Below are positions 13,578-47,436 of a stretch of DNA of 64,000 bases, piece after piece; position 1 is the stretch's first letter; every line of letters begins with the position of its first letter. A program made the position numbers and the translations under genes. This DNA comes from Ruditapes philippinarum (taxonomy: Eukaryota): positions 62,001-126,000 of the forward strand of contig NW_026854133.1 of assembly GCF_026571515.1 (NCBI RefSeq). Direction: 5' to 3'. The notes beneath the pieces were generated by a model. That model saw only the letters and a program-made list of their open reading frames with translations. It did no database searches and was not told the DNA's origin.

Positions 13578-14792
13578 TTAAATAAACAGCGTAGAAGGAA
13601 ACTCACTGTTTTATTTGATGCAAGTGTAGACAATTTAATGTGCACGGACTATAGTGTGCAGGAGTACGCCTAGTTACGCACCTGGTGTGAATACAAGCAC
13701 TTTTAACGTCCGACCGATCACTGTATCATTTATTGCAAGCGCAAAAAAAAAAAAAATCAAAATCGACTTTAATCATTTCCTTCGATCACTGGAGGAAGAT
13801 GTGTAATATAGTAAAATCAAGTCATAGAAATCGGTCAAAATACTTTTTTGTTAGATGTAAATTAAAGCATAAACAATTAAATCATAAACATATATTTTAA
13901 GATATACTTAATTTTCTATTTCTTACGCTTTTTTTTTATTGTTTAAACATATTTTATTGCACCAAATACATGTCAAATGTTATACAAATGATACGTATAT
14001 AACAAAAAGCAATAGGGTTGGGAAACACGTTCTAGCAACATTAGATTAAGCCCTTTGCGGTAAATAATTTGAGAAGTTTTTTGGCGCTTATTTTAATCTA
14101 TTTTACATGAAGGATATATTTCTTGAGTAGTTGTGCCATTACATTATCATTATTTTTATTCTGTAATTTTAATTATAGATTAAAGTGACGATCTTGAATA
14201 TCACTTATATTATCTTTTAGTTCTTGTAAAGGAATTGCTTAAAATACAAACGACTTCTTTCGTCTCAGAAACATAATCTACGCAATCACTTAAGATCATT
14301 AAATGTAGAAAAATAAAGTATTTTAAATCACTTCAACAGAAACATGAAATTCAGCCACACGCTTTTGGTTCTTTTCATATATACTATGCTCATCTTTGAG
14401 TACAATATTCTTATCACAGAAATTTATTGAAATTCATGAAATCCTTACTGAATGTCTTTTATTTGAGTAAAATTTGAGTGTACATAGCTGTATTCCAAAT
14501 TAAAGGTCACATGAAGTTGCTATTTTCTTTAAAAAAAACTGCCAGTATTTTTAATGACACTATATATTTATATTGTGACCACTAATAGTGTATAGAGTTT
14601 AAAACATAACATATCTACTTTGAATGGAGCCGAATCATGTTTATTTTATATTTACAAAGATGATGTGCAGTAGTTATCAATATTTTTAAACATCAAAATT
14701 GAGCATAGTATATCTTTAAATACAGTTTTTTCATAAGTTTTCTTTTTTATCTGAAAGTCTCTTAAACATTATATACTCTTGAATGGTTTCAG

Positions 14793-19462
<4,670 letters not shown>

Positions 19463-22400
19463 TCCGATTTGGTGGAAAGATCTGCTTTGTATAATTCAAA
19501 CAAGACGATTATTTGATTATTATTCTATTACGTCCATAGATATTGCTTAAAAATGTCCATTGTGAACACATTTTTTACCGTGTGCGTACTGAAATGATAT
19601 ATAAAATGTGTCTTGTGTGATGATATGTACACTTGGACTTGTTTTAATTTTTGTAATGTAAATTTGTAAGTTGTTTTGTATGAAATAAAAACATAAAACT
19701 GATTTGATAAAAATTCAAGCATTTATTATGATTGGACCAAAGAGAAAGAGTTCAATGATGAAAATCAATAAGAAAGATCAATTACAAAAAACCAATAAAA
19801 CAAATAAATACAAATCTTAATTAAATTAATGTAAAATAATCTTAACAAAACAAAATAATGAGATTCTTAACAAAACAAAATAATGAAAATCTTAACAAAA
19901 TAATAGAAATCATAACAAAACAAAAGAACAAAATCCTAACAAAACAAATAATAAGAATCTTAACAAAAAAAATTAATAAGAATCCTGATATTTTAGGTAA
20001 CATTGATCTTAACCTTCTAAAGATTTTTAAGTTTTGTCGACCAGTGTGAACGAACAAGGCACACAAAGGAATATAAGTTTAATAGTCTTGTCCGTTTACA
20101 ACAATAGATAACTAGTTCTTACTTTCGAACCAAGTCTTTAATCTCTGCTTGGAAAGCTTTCAAATGTTGGTATTTTAAGGATGTAAGGGCAACGATGTAA
20201 GGATGTAAGGATGTAAGGTATGGTATCACCTGTCTAAAACTGAAATTAATGTATGTCTTTTATCATATTTGTTCTTGAAGTACATTCGTTAAGAAAAAAA
20301 TCACACAGATGCCACTCTTGTCACCCTGGGTGGATCCTGATATAGTTTGATATAACAAGTTGTCGTAATTAAATGAAGATCTAATGAAGTACTTGCCTTT
20401 TATACATAATCAAAAGACAAAGTGGTTATACACCTGATCAACAATAATTTGTGTCTAGGACTGAAAGACTAGGACTCTCCAAAAACAATTCTATTTTTCA
20501 TCATATTTCATTATCATTTATGATTCTTTTGGCAAGATGGGACAATTTTCAGCCACGAATAATACACAAATATATTTAACTGTCTAGGTGACCTTGCTCT
20601 AGTTGTATTATATTGTTAACATTTAGAACATTGCTGATAAACTTGTGTAAGTCTCGACACATACTGACAAAAATCCTCCAAGTAAGGACATGTAAATGTC
20701 TAGCGCGTTACTTAGTTTAATTTAACTCTTACCCTGTTGGAACCGAGAGTTATTAGCCTTTTCCACCAGTAAAGAGCTTAAAAGGCCGCCATTCGCGGTT
20801 AAATTAAAGCTATTGCTGGCAATGTATCATAAAAACTTTGATTGGCGTCAGATTTTAATACAATATTACTAAGCAATTTTAATGAAGCATGTGGTCTTTT
20901 ATCAACAAGCCATTGACATTTTAGTTCCGTGGCGAATGGTTCTGAAGCAATGCACAGGCAAAATTGGAACTACCAAAATAAAATTGAGAAAATAATAAAG
21001 AAACACAACATATAGATAGATACTTTTATTTCCTCATATATTTGAAGAGCTGAACCAGAAGAGCATCTGTACTAGTACCTTATAATCTTTGCCAAAGACT
21101 GAAAATAAAATTTAGAAAAATCTGATTGAGGAACAAGAATCTAGCCTAAAGAAGAATGAACATTTTATAACGTAGCTATGCGTACGTGAAGTGATTGACC
21201 TTGACGGATAGTTTAAAAGTGTAAATTAACCGTTATATATAGATAAGGTGGCCTTAATATCGCTATCTATGAGTTGGTTGATATGATGCCCTACATATTT
21301 GAGACACTAGTGAACACAGATATTACAGTTTCTCATCATTTAATTATAATTATATCACCATTCATGAGCCATGATTTGATATACAGTACAATGTATATAC
21401 TGTTGTCTATCATTTTGTCTCATTTGAGTACCTACTAATTTAAGTTTGTATATATAACGTTCGGCAAGACAGCATACACTTTGTCAAAACTCATAAAGAA
21501 ATAGAGAAAAAAGGAATCCCTAAAGAACGCTCAAAACGACAAAAATGAAAATAAAATGTTTCAGGCTCGGTTTGATTAAGCCTGTTAATGGACGGTACGG
21601 GAAATTGCAAGTAGCCGTCAAAGCCCCCACCCCCAGCGCCGGCATAAACATAATTCAACATTTAACATGAACTGATAAAATTTTGAATTTTGAAACAGAT
21701 GTGTTCATATTATGGCGGTTATCAGCCAAGGCGAATTACACGAAATCGCTGCACTATATCTGGCATGCCTTTACAGTTAAAAGTTTACCATATACATCTA
21801 TAATTAGATGTACCTGCTACTTCCGATCACTATACTTTTCTCAGGATCCAAATATATCTATCATCTTGAACCTTTCTTGCAAAAGCAGGACGGACACTCG
21901 TTTATATACTGTAAAAGTTAAGCCTTAATTATTTGTCCGATATTCGTTGCCGTTTAGTTTAAAATTTAAAGAAAAATCAATTTGTCAGATGACCTTGCTT
22001 ATTTTGTTGTTGTTGGCTTTTTTTCTGAATATTTGCTAATAAAACCACCTTAGTCCTCATTGTTTGCTTGCCTTATGTTCCACATTGTCCCTAAAGAGAC
22101 GGTACGCAGCTCCGTTACTAGTGAGTTTTTAAAACAGTATAAACATATAAGTTTTAATTAAAACCAATCACCGCCAAAATGCTTTCTGATATAGATCAAG
22201 ATATCAAGATAAATGAACATGAGCTACATGCGTTACCTAAATGTCACGTTATACAATTGCGAAAAGATGATCTAATGGACGCCAGGGAAAAAGTACCGGT
22301 AGCGAAATTTGCAGACTCCATTGCTTATTATGGCTCCTACGGCGAAGGTTATTGTTTATCATATTTCTCATACAATTCTTGCAGACTTTCTTAATACATT

Positions 22401-22539
22401 TAAGTGAACCAATAATACTAAATACAATAATAAATCTTAGGTCAGATGTCTCATTGTTCACGAAGTTCATACATTATAAAATAATGTCAAAATAAAGTTT
22501 CTATTGTTTTCTATTGTTTTTCTTTTATTTTGTTCTGAT

Positions 22540-22770
22540 TAACCTAACGTTACTAACCATCTAGCTGATATAAGTATATCGCCAGACGAGGTGGAATTGG
22601 TATTGAAATCTCTTCCTTTAGTAAAAGCCGCTGGTCCTGACGATATCCACAATCGCATCCTTTGTGAACTCTCCCATGATCTCTGTGGTCCTCTAAGGGC
22701 TCTTTTTACCTCAACGTTTCTATTCAGATTGCTCAAGTTCCAGACGCAAGGAAAGAAGCTAGTGTTTCTC
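22540..22770 (+). mobile_element. Short LINE ORF2 fragment
   Basis: ISPDEVELVLKSL..KAAGPDDIHNRILCEL...L..PL..LF is the pre-RT motif of LINE ORF2 proteins. Confidence 0.7.
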
Positions 22771-24257
22771 TACTCTTAAAATGTATAGCCGTTTTTAAAT
22801 TTTATATAATTGCAAAATATTTAACCCATTTATACACTTAACCAAATTAAAATACTAAGACATAGAGCATCTTTACATAACAGTAGGTTCAGGTCATTTT
22901 ACTTTTATCTCTATCACAAATGATACAACAAAATATGTCCGGCTATTGCCCGGACCCCATTTGTATCATCTACAATTATATATGTATCAAACATGGTGTT
23001 ATCACATTTATTTACTTTTATTTACAATAATATACTTAACGATGTCGAGTAGCTTCTCACCTGATTAAAGCAAAGTCAGAGTTCAAAAGTTTTTCGTTGT
23101 TAGGATTAAATAGAGAAAAATAGAATCCCTAAAGAAAGCTTAACACTGCAAAATTGAAAATGTTGCAGGCTCGGTTTGATTGCGCATGTTCATGGAAGGT
23201 ACTGGAAATTGCAAGTTACCCTCCGCACCCCTAGCACAGGCTAAATTAAGCAGAATTCAACATTTGTCTTGAACTGGTAAAGTTTCGAAATTTTGAAATA
23301 ATGAATTTTTCCTATTAATAATTGATAGTTTTACAAAAAGAAAAATTAAAACCTTCTGAACCAAAAGTACAAAGCTTTGCCATGTATACTGCTCTGTCTT
23401 TTTGCTGGTGGCAAAAGCTTGCTAGTCAATTTCGGTCCAAGGTAAGGATTAAACTGAAATGCTCATCCAAGAGTAAATGATGACAGTTTAGATAAAATTA
23501 TTATCAATTTACATATCTTCATATTTGTTTTCAATTTTATAATAAACATCACATGAGTACACAATTACTCTCGTGACACGCATATATATCTTCAAATAAC
23601 ATTCATGTTCGTTTTATAAGAAGAGTGGGGCAGTCATTTTATATTTACAAACTATTAACTTTTTTTTGAATATTTGAAATTATCAATTATTGTCCAACTA
23701 CCATAGAACTAGTCAATCTTTTGACTAAAATATAAAACTAGTTTAACTCAGTTACCAACCATGAACAGGCTTAATCAAACTGAATGTGCAGCATTTTCAA
23801 CTTTGCCGTATTGGGCTTTCTTTAGAAATTCTGTTTTTCTCTGTTTTATTTTAAATAGATACATTAATAAATACATGGTATGATTGGGTACAGCCTGTTT
23901 AGAATGCAACTTAATGTTATCATTCAAACTTTCTTCAAGTACCTTTTTTTGATATGTCACTTATGAAAAGAAATAAAACGAAATTCGAAGTGCTCATTTT
24001 CAAATCTTGCAAAAATCAAATTACATAGCTATGTTCCTTTTAAAACTTTACTAGAGTAATTCAACTTTTTGAAGTTTAAATACACTTACTAACGTAATAA
24101 TTTAATCTTTAAGTAGTTTAATGATTCAGCTTTTAATTTGAAATTCTAGCTTTTTTCGTTTTCATTGATTTCAATCAAACCCAAAGTTGTAGCTCGTTTA
24201 CAGCTTTTTTTACAATATAATACATTAAGTAACTATTAATTTATTGCGGTCAACTAA

Positions 24258-24344
24258 GTCATGTGATTTGTTTAAATACCATATGACGAGCATCGTTATC
24301 AATTGAGCTGTCCCCGTTTTTAGGACAGCTGACCATATATAAAT
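24258..24344 (+). promoter_or_regulatory. Cathepsin copy 2 promoter: M-box GTCATGTGAT plus TATA
   Basis: GTCATGTGAT 24258-24267, TATATAAAT 24336-24344, tcttcacaag motif, non-coding exon donor AAG|gtaaga at 24399. Confidence 0.7.
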
Positions 24345-25489
24345 ACTCGGCGTATTTGCACGTTCTTCACAAGAGAGAGTGGAGGTAAAACGAAACAAGG
24401 TAAGAACATTGTAACTGATGTAGAAGGAGTATTTTAACACTATTTTAAAAGAAATGTTTTTTCTATTTATATTAAAATTACCATTTATGCAAACGTCATT
24501 GATACCGAACGCTCAAAACTTTACAGACTTTTAATAAAGTAAAACTTTAATTTTTTTACAGGACTTTAAAGAATGTTTTAAAACGTGAATATTATCGGAC
24601 GTACGAAAATCACAATTTTACCATTTTTTTAATCTTAATGATGACTTTTGCAAAAGCTGGTGCGCTAGGGGGGTGGACGGAAGCTAGCATTTAGCAGTGC
24701 CGTCCATGAACGGGGTCAATTAAACAAAGCCTACAACATTTTAGATTATGCCGCTTTGGGCGTTTTTTTTTTTTTTTTTTTTTTTTTCATTTTTCTCTAT
24801 TTTACTGTTGTATATTATATCGAGAGTCCACAGCTTTCATGTAAATGGCAACAACCTTGTACAAATGATCATTATTCTTGTATAATAATAAAAAATTATA
24901 CTTATCTTTCGAATTTTGATGTTAAGGTTTTAATTTTGATGAAAGTTTGTGTTATTTTTTTTTAATTTTCGTTTGAAACATGTTGAATTCGTCTTATACA
25001 AGACTAAATTTTATTTTACACGAAATTTACAATCAATTCAAATGGATGCAATTTAATGCTTATCAAATATTTTCTCAGGTAAAATAAATTTCATTTTTAT
25101 GTTTACTGTCTTTATTCACAATGCCAATTCTGTTTAAATTGGTGTAATGGAGACTAATTTTGAATTAGAGATGACTCTCGAATGATATGTGATAAATGCA
25201 AGGATTGAAAACAAACTATTCGTAGTCGGATATACTCTGCATGAGAGTTTTATTGACCAATAACCATGCAGTCATTGGTAAAAGGCGCGTGGGATCGACG
25301 TCATTTAAAACACGCGACTTGTCTTACATTGTGGTCAATGACAGGGTTTTTTTTAGCTCCGCTGTAAACAGCCGATGATCCTGTTTGATATGCAAGAAAA
25401 CGTTGTAATTTTAACGTCGTAAAATTAAAGAAAGAAAAAAAAAGCCGTATAATAATCATAATAATAGTAAGATTTTTTTTTTATTTCAG

Positions 25490-29392
<3,903 letters not shown>

Positions 29393-32219
29393 TCTGATTG
29401 GAATTAGATCTGCTTAAAATTGACAATTTGTTGGACAATGTTGTACTTTACGAAATGACAATTTTCTTAACTTTCTTTTTGAAATTACTGGTTTAAAATC
29501 TAATTTGTTGATAAAAACGATATGAAAATGTGCAAAATTTTTGTTAGCAATAATGGGTAAAATTTTTCATATGTTCTTACTATGTTTTGACAGACGACTT
29601 TCATTTGACAATTACAAGATCTCTAAAACCGACTTTTTGTTGTTATTATACTATGTTACATGTTGATTTGTTTTATATACGATGTTTTATATTTATAATA
29701 CAATAATAAAATTCAAAAGTAACCAATTCTTGTTTTGCAAGGTAGTTTGCTAAAAATAAAGAAAGACATTATCTGTGTCAAGTAAACTAAAACTTTATGA
29801 TGATAAGTCAGCCACAAATGAAGAGTTTCGGTAAATTTCACATAAAAGGAATGGTATTATGAATAAATACTAAAAAAAAATTAAAAAACAACTTTTCCTC
29901 CCAAATGATTATCTTGATAACTTTTGTGCTCAATTGAGTAAAACATAACATTTTGTCTCACAATATGTCATTGATTAAAACAAGTAAAAGCCAAATTACA
30001 TTTTTCTGTAAGATAGCAAAAATACAAATTTCAAATGTGAGAATAACACTTTAATATGGTATGATTTTGATCATTCTTAATAATATCATACTAATGTAAA
30101 AACAACAACAACAATGCTTTTTATCGTAGTATAAATACAGTTAATCCTGAGATGTGTACTTGAAAACACAAACTATTAATATTCAGTTCAAAATTTATTT
30201 TCCTTAAATATTCAGTAGATATATTCCCAACGTTCGAAGTAACGTCTGTAAATATATATAAAAAAATAAACCTTTAAAAACACTCATTTATACAAATCTG
30301 TAAGCATCTTTAGTAGTTAAATAATCTCAAGTTGGCAAAATTACAGTAGCAAATCCTATTTAAGAGCAACCTGGAATTAAGTCCATCCCATAGCTTAAAG
30401 GAACAGATTGTGTTCTTTATTTTAAATGATGCATGATCCAAAATTAACATGTTCACTGTTTATAGATTTAAGTTGACTAATTGACTATATATATGCTACC
30501 CTGATGTAATACATATTCTTAATTGACCTTGTTTACACATAAAAACACAATGTTTTGTTTGTGATACTGTTCTTGAGCAGTTGACGATGCAATAATTTGA
30601 AAAGGCTGTACTTAAGTTTTGTTTTCACAGCTTAAAACTAAAATGCTCCAAAGAACACTTCGCCTGTCCACTATCAAGACCTTAATTGTTGTTTAATTGG
30701 CAATTTAACCACGTTTTTGATCACTGATAAATAAACCACAAGTCCGCTGTTATCCGAATGTTTAAAGATCTTGAAAAAGGGAGATCCCTTTGAATCTCTG
30801 AAAACAACATCATTACACGAAACAATTGTAGACTCTGTTCACGTGTGTTTGTCTGCTCGATACTTGATGTTCATATTGTTTTGATAGGAATTTTATATAA
30901 AGTATACAGTACTGCAAGGTGAGGAAATGGATTATTCTGACTTTTTTGCGTAAATAATGTTACACTCATTAGATATTTGACAGCCGTACAACATTTATTA
31001 ATTAACCGAGACCAATAACAGCCTTATCTTTACAGTTAATTTATTAACTATGATCTGTTCACTTACGATCAAATATTTGTATATCTTATCATATAAGTAT
31101 TTGAATGTTACACTACATATTGGTTGAAGATGTTGATAGAAAATAGGTAGATAATAATTTTCATAATCATATGATAATGTCATGGTTGTTCGCGATAGAT
31201 GAAACATCTATTTCGTTATTTTGTTTGTTGATGATGTTTTTTCTGGCCTTTATGAAACGCTTTTGGAGCGTCTGGTGTCTAATATGAATACTGTTTAAAA
31301 GTCCTTCTTGTACATCTGAATACCTATATAACGGTGCCGATACTGATCTGCATGGAGCAAACAAATAAACAATGATACAAAAGCCGGTCCAGTTAAGATT
31401 ATATTTCATAATATTACTATTTTATTATTTTAAATGAAATAATGTGTACAGCCTGGTCATTCTAGTCAATAACTTATGCTCAAAATATTGTTCTTTTTAA
31501 GTTATTGAGAAACATAATCCACTTAATATTGGTTTTGGTTTTGTTCCTCACGCAGATCAGGAAAAGTCACATGGTATAGACACCGTTGGCACTGTATTTG
31601 TAATTTAAAAATTAAAAGTTGCTTTTGTTTATACAAACAAAATGTTGTTGGGGTACGGAGAGGTTGCCATTACTTATCTTAAAATTTGGAACATTCTGAA
31701 AAGAATATTTTTAAAAGCATTTCATGAATCTTTAGAAAAAAATCAGCAAAACATGAACAATGTTTTTTTCATTTTAATAAAAAAAATCTTAAAACGATAA
31801 AAGACGTAAACTTGAGAGATCATGGTATAAGATACAACATTTTCTCTACACATGTGATTCTTCAACAAAATATGTCAAACATTCTACATATTCTTTTATA
31901 AAAAATAAAGTCTGATCAGAAAAAAGCAGTAACGATGTACAAATGTATCATTATTTTTTGTTTTTTTGGTGTAATACTTCTTCTCCTTGAAATTCGCTAC
32001 GTGCGACATCGTGTCGTCTTTGTGGCATTTTTAGTTCCATCAATTTAATCTTTTCTTGGCCAATGTGTTCAGTATTTTTTCTAGAACACCTCTAATTTCA
32101 AACGATTATATTAATCTATTTAACACTAAACGGCAACAAAACGCGCAACTTATGACAAGGCTACATACAAAAATTAATGTATTCATCTTCTATTTTTATA
32201 AACATATCTTCTTAAAAAC

Positions 32220-32745
32220 TCAGAGTCCTGCCATTCAAAAGCAGATCTGTCGATGCGTAAATTACAAGCGCCATTTTTTTTCGAAAACTTAACAACAACA
32301 AGGATTTCTACATGACAAAGCGTATATAGTGCAAGATTTTCTGAAGTAGAAACAAGTCGATGTACACCCCCATCTTCGTATTCACTTGATCTTGTCCCTT
32401 GTGAGTTCTTATTGGTTCCAAAGCAAACATGACTCATCTCAGGTTGAAAATGTGTTCCGCACAAACATCTTGGTTCTTTAATATTCCAGTGTCTTCCCAG
32501 TATACCTAAAAACAATGAAAATGACTTCAAAGATTTGATCCAGAGACTGAAACCTTGTATATCTGTTGGAGGTATATTTTAAGAGAACAAAATAAACAAA
32601 ATTTAATGAAACCTATGAAATATCACATTTTACGTGTTTAGAATTATTCATATTTGCACACTCGTTTTGAAAATTATTTTTGTATATTTTATCATTGGGT
32701 TCATTTATACTGAAGGTCGTAGTATTTTTGAACAATCATCTCACA
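32220..32745 (+). mobile_element. Degenerate mariner transposase 3' remnant
   Basis: Broken frame gives HD...IVQDFLK, YSLDLVPCEF (cf. mariner YSPDLAP.DF) and FKDLIQRLKPCISVGG, with stops and frameshifts. Confidence 0.7.
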
Positions 32746-32784
32746 AGATACTAAGTAAACAATTTATTAAGTTCGGCCAATTAA

Positions 32785-32872
32785 GTCATGTGATTTGTCG
32801 AAAGATCACATGATCAGCATTGTTATCATATGAAGTGCTTTTGTTTTTAGAACAAATGAACAAGTATAAATA
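32785..32872 (+). promoter_or_regulatory. Cathepsin copy 3 promoter: two M-boxes plus TATA
   Basis: GTCATGTGAT 32785-32794, ATCACATGAT 32805-32814, TATAAATA 32865-32872, tcttcactag motif, donor AAG|gtagga at 32939. Confidence 0.7.
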
Positions 32873-33686
32873 CAGTGATTGACGGTGTCAGCTCTTCACT
32901 AGGTATTGTGGACATTGAACAAGCCAAAGACAAATAAAGGTAGGAATTTTATATTTGTTACTGGAGAGATGTTTATGAGTATTCCAAAGGGTTTGTTGGG
33001 AATGCTGCCTTCCTTTATTTTTTCTTATGTTTTAGATATATTGTGTCAAGAGAAAATCTATTTGATATAGTTTAAGTTTAGTTTTAATGTTGCAAGGGAT
33101 TGTTTGGGACCTCTTTCACTGCATGCCACCGTTCCTTCTTTTTTTAATGTTATTAATATTATTGTATCCTTTCAAGAGTAAATTTATTTGCTAGATTTTT
33201 ACATAAAAAATTAAATATTACATTTGTCAAATGTTTTTGTTCTTTAATAAAAAAAATCATTATTTAATTTATCAGCATGAATTTGCATTTTAATGGGTTA
33301 TGCATAGCTTAAATATTTAATTCGTTATCTTAGCATTAATTTGTGATTTTCTTGTCAAATTAAAGCAGTTCAAGATTTTAATGATACGTGTTATATATTT
33401 TATTTATAAGTGGCACATTTTGATACATTGATTTGCAAATTTTGGAAATAGCAAAAAAACAATTTCAGATAAAGTGAGGTCTCCCGCATTAGGTTGCAAC
33501 TGTGCACACGATGAATATTGTACCTGAATACCTGTGTAACGGTTGTCTTTATCAATATAATGGACTCATGCTTCTTCTGCAAGAAGAAACATTGAAAGCG
33601 AAATTTTAAAAGAGAATACCAAAAAATGTTCTCGTTCTCAGCTTTTAGCTCAGCATTTTTCTCAAATACATGTATTTTAATTTTAG

Positions 33687-38602
<4,916 letters not shown>

Positions 38603-39187
38603 TATGATTGGTCAACTTCAATTTCAATTTAAGTAACGTGATATCTGATTGGATAATTGGACTGATTGAAGTAACATTGAAACTTTATAACTGGAAATAG
38701 ATCTGTTTTTGAGAAAAAAAAATAGTGCATTATTTTCTATTTGGTGTAATGAAATTAAATAGCTGCTTTTTGTTACGACTGGCTAAATGATATAATTTTG
38801 TCAGACCCTGATCCGATTGCTGATTATCATTTGCCAAAGAACTTATATAATAATGAATACCTGAAGAATATATTAGCTTTCTATTTTGGCAGTTGACAAT
38901 CACAAGATTTATATAATAAGTATTTGTGTTGTTACTATTGCTAAAGTGCTGTGTTACATTTTGATTTGCTTCTCGACCACATGATATTGTTTTGAACGTG
39001 AAATCAATTAAGAAAAATAAATAATAAAAAGAAACAAACAACGACTTTTGTTTTGTTTTGAAAGGTAGTTGAATTTTATCAAAGCACGGCATTTTCAGTT
39101 TCTTACTTCAAGCCACATCGAAGATTGGCTCAGGGATCACGAATTAATTAATGACACGTTGAATGCATGATATCTCAAAATAACAAA

Positions 39188-39418
39188 CCACTTGCCCCTC
39201 ACAGCTGTGGGTTCGAATCCGACAGGGACTTTGGATTCTTTCATGTGAGGAAGATATCCAGCTAGCTTACGGAACGTTGCTTCTACTCAGGTGCCCGTTC
39301 GTGCTTGAAATAATGCACGGAAGAGCACCTGAGTTCTTCATCCACCAGTAAAGCTGTGACGTCGTGATATGACCTATACTGTGTCGATGTGACTTAAACC
39401 CCAAAAGAAAGAAAGAAA
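39188..39418 (+). mobile_element. tRNA-derived SINE (Meta-SINE-like)
   Basis: B-box gggttcgaatcc, body catgtgaggaagatatccagctagcttacggaacg...cacctgag...ccaccagtaaagctg, (AAAG)n tail. Confidence 0.75.
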
Positions 39419-40108
39419 ATATCACAAATGAAAGTGAAGGGAAATAATTGCTTGCTTTAAACAAACATCCTGTCTTTGTCCTCTTCTATAGAAACATTCG
39501 AATTAAAACTGTATCGTTTTTGTCAACTAACAACTCATTTAACATGACAAATAAAAACGTCCAGTTATTCGATCCTTTCAATAAGCGTATTTGTACAACA
39601 AAAGCACTGACACTTTTTTACATTTTCAATATTTGAAACCTAAAAGAATATACATATATGTATTAAAGTCAATTTATGGTATAAAAATTGATGGAAATTT
39701 ATGGGTTTTTTTTGTTTCAATGCCAGACGTACATTTTCAAAATCTTCCAGTATATATGATCGTCACATTATAAAAGGTATAACATGTATAATATGTATAT
39801 TTTAACAACAAAATCAAAGTGATAATATGCTCCTATATATACCATGCTCACTGTCAAGTTAATCTTAATTGGCTATTATAATTATTTCAAAAGATTGACT
39901 GTAATGAATAATATATATCAGGTTTATTCATAGAATAAAAAGAACATACTTTAAAAAGTCTGAAGATTTCTCCAAAGTAACAGAATTCTAAAAACTACAG
40001 TAAAATCAGGGGACTGCCGAGTATATATAATCGTAATATCCAGATATCATTATATCCGAGAGGCAAACAAATGAAAATCAAAAGTCTGGACCACCACGGC
40101 AACAGCAT

Positions 40109-40212
40109 TGTTATAAGCGGTATTTCGTTATAAGCGGTATATCGTTATAAGCGGTATATCGTTATAAGCGGGTATATCGTTATATGCGGTATAACGTTAT
40201 AGTCATATCGTT
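40109..40212. repeat. 17-bp minisatellite (gttataagcggtatatc)n
   Basis: About 5-6 adjacent units. Confidence 0.9.
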
Positions 40213-41149
40213 GCAAGTGAAATATTGTGTGGTTTAACATCACAGGTTATACTTAATAGAGACAAATCCTCAAACACCCTCCAGCGCCGGCTTAAGCGGC
40301 ATTCCACTCATCTGTTTCAACTCAATCTTATTGTAAAGTCATATGATATCGACTCTTTTCGCATATATCGAGTCATTAACATCCTAGAAAAAAAGTTGAA
40401 TTCACCGATTCGCTGTCATGCTTCAATCTAAATGGGGAAGGGACGCTTTGCATAAGGGCTTTGAAACATTTATACAAGTTTATTGCTGTCACGATATCGG
40501 AAAAATGCTGAATTATTATTAAATATCTGAATTTAGAATAAAAACGAAGTTAACTATATATTCATGTACGTATATAAGTGAACCCTTTACCTCATACAGA
40601 CGTGTTTTGACGGATTTTCGACCCCCCACCCTTTGAGTCCACAAACAGTGAAAAAGAATGCTCTATTTAGACCCCAAACATTGTTTTCGTTTGAGAAATG
40701 TTTGATAAAAAAGTGACCACCTTTTCGGCGCCGCCCATCCCCACCCCCCATATAAAACAACAAAAAAACGAAACAACAAACAATGCAAAATAGTGATTTT
40801 TGGTAATTTAGAGACGTCCCCCGTTGCCTATATTTGGAAATTAATATTTAGCATGCTGTTAAAGGGGACATGTTCTAGTCAACATTTGTGCCAAGTATCA
40901 TTTGTTTCATCATTGAAGCATTTTTCTAAGTTTCATATAGCAGTTTGAACATGTGACAGGAGGCTTAACAATGAAAATGGACATTTTTCACAATATGCTC
41001 AGTATGAAAAAAAATGAGCATATCAGTTTCATATTGCACTTATTATTACTTTGTCGAGACAAACCTCTCCCAATTAGTCAGACAAAAACTTACAAGATGC
41101 ATACCTACTTCTTGACATTTGATAAAAAATCTTCCAAAAGGATAACAAA

Positions 41150-41173
41150 GTCACGTGACCACTATCTGAGTCA
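41150..41173 (+). promoter_or_regulatory. Cathepsin copy 4 promoter: perfect CLEAR element GTCACGTGAC plus AP-1-like TGAGTCA
   Basis: GTCACGTGAC 41150-41159, TGAGTCA 41167-41173, donor AAG|gtattt at 41290, about 620 nt upstream of the main coding exon. Confidence 0.65.
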
Positions 41174-41915
41174 AACTGCGATCACGCTGTATTAAATAAG
41201 GATTAAACTATTGAACTAAAACTAACAGATAACCCATACCGCTTGTGATTACAGTAGTGTTGTGTTCTTACTACTCGGATAGCAATGAAGGTATTTACTT
41301 CACACAACTTAAATATTTCATAATTAATCTCCATGTTTAAGATGAAATGTTGAGTTCTGTTTTGATATTTACTATGCTCATCTTTGGGAAAAATATTTTT
41401 ATCGCAAAAATTTTTATTGAAATAAACATGTATATGAAATTCTTAATGAATATGTCTAACTTGAATAATAGAATGTACAAACTAAGTATGGGAAGTTGCG
41501 TTCCAATTTCCCTAATACAGGCCAAGAAAAGTCTTTTTTCATTTTCTTAATGTCACTATATTATCATATCGCCTAACATAGTGTGTAGTGTTTAAAACAT
41601 ATAGCATACCTACATTGTATGAAGTCAAAACATGTTGATTTTATATTTAAAAAAGAGAGTGTAGCATTTGTCAAATATCAAATTGGAGCATAATATAATT
41701 TAAAGCCGATACGGTAGATTGCTGTCACCACGACCATCTATTAGCAATCAACTCAAATTTGCCATTTTGCGATTTCTCGTTTTTGTTTTTGTTTTTTTTC
41801 TTCTTTTTTTTTTGGTTCATATTTAAAAAAAACACACATACACACAAATTCAGCAGATAATTGGTGTATGATGCATTGTTGATAGCACTTAAGTCATTTT
41901 TATGCATATTTACAG

Positions 41916-47436
<5,521 letters not shown>

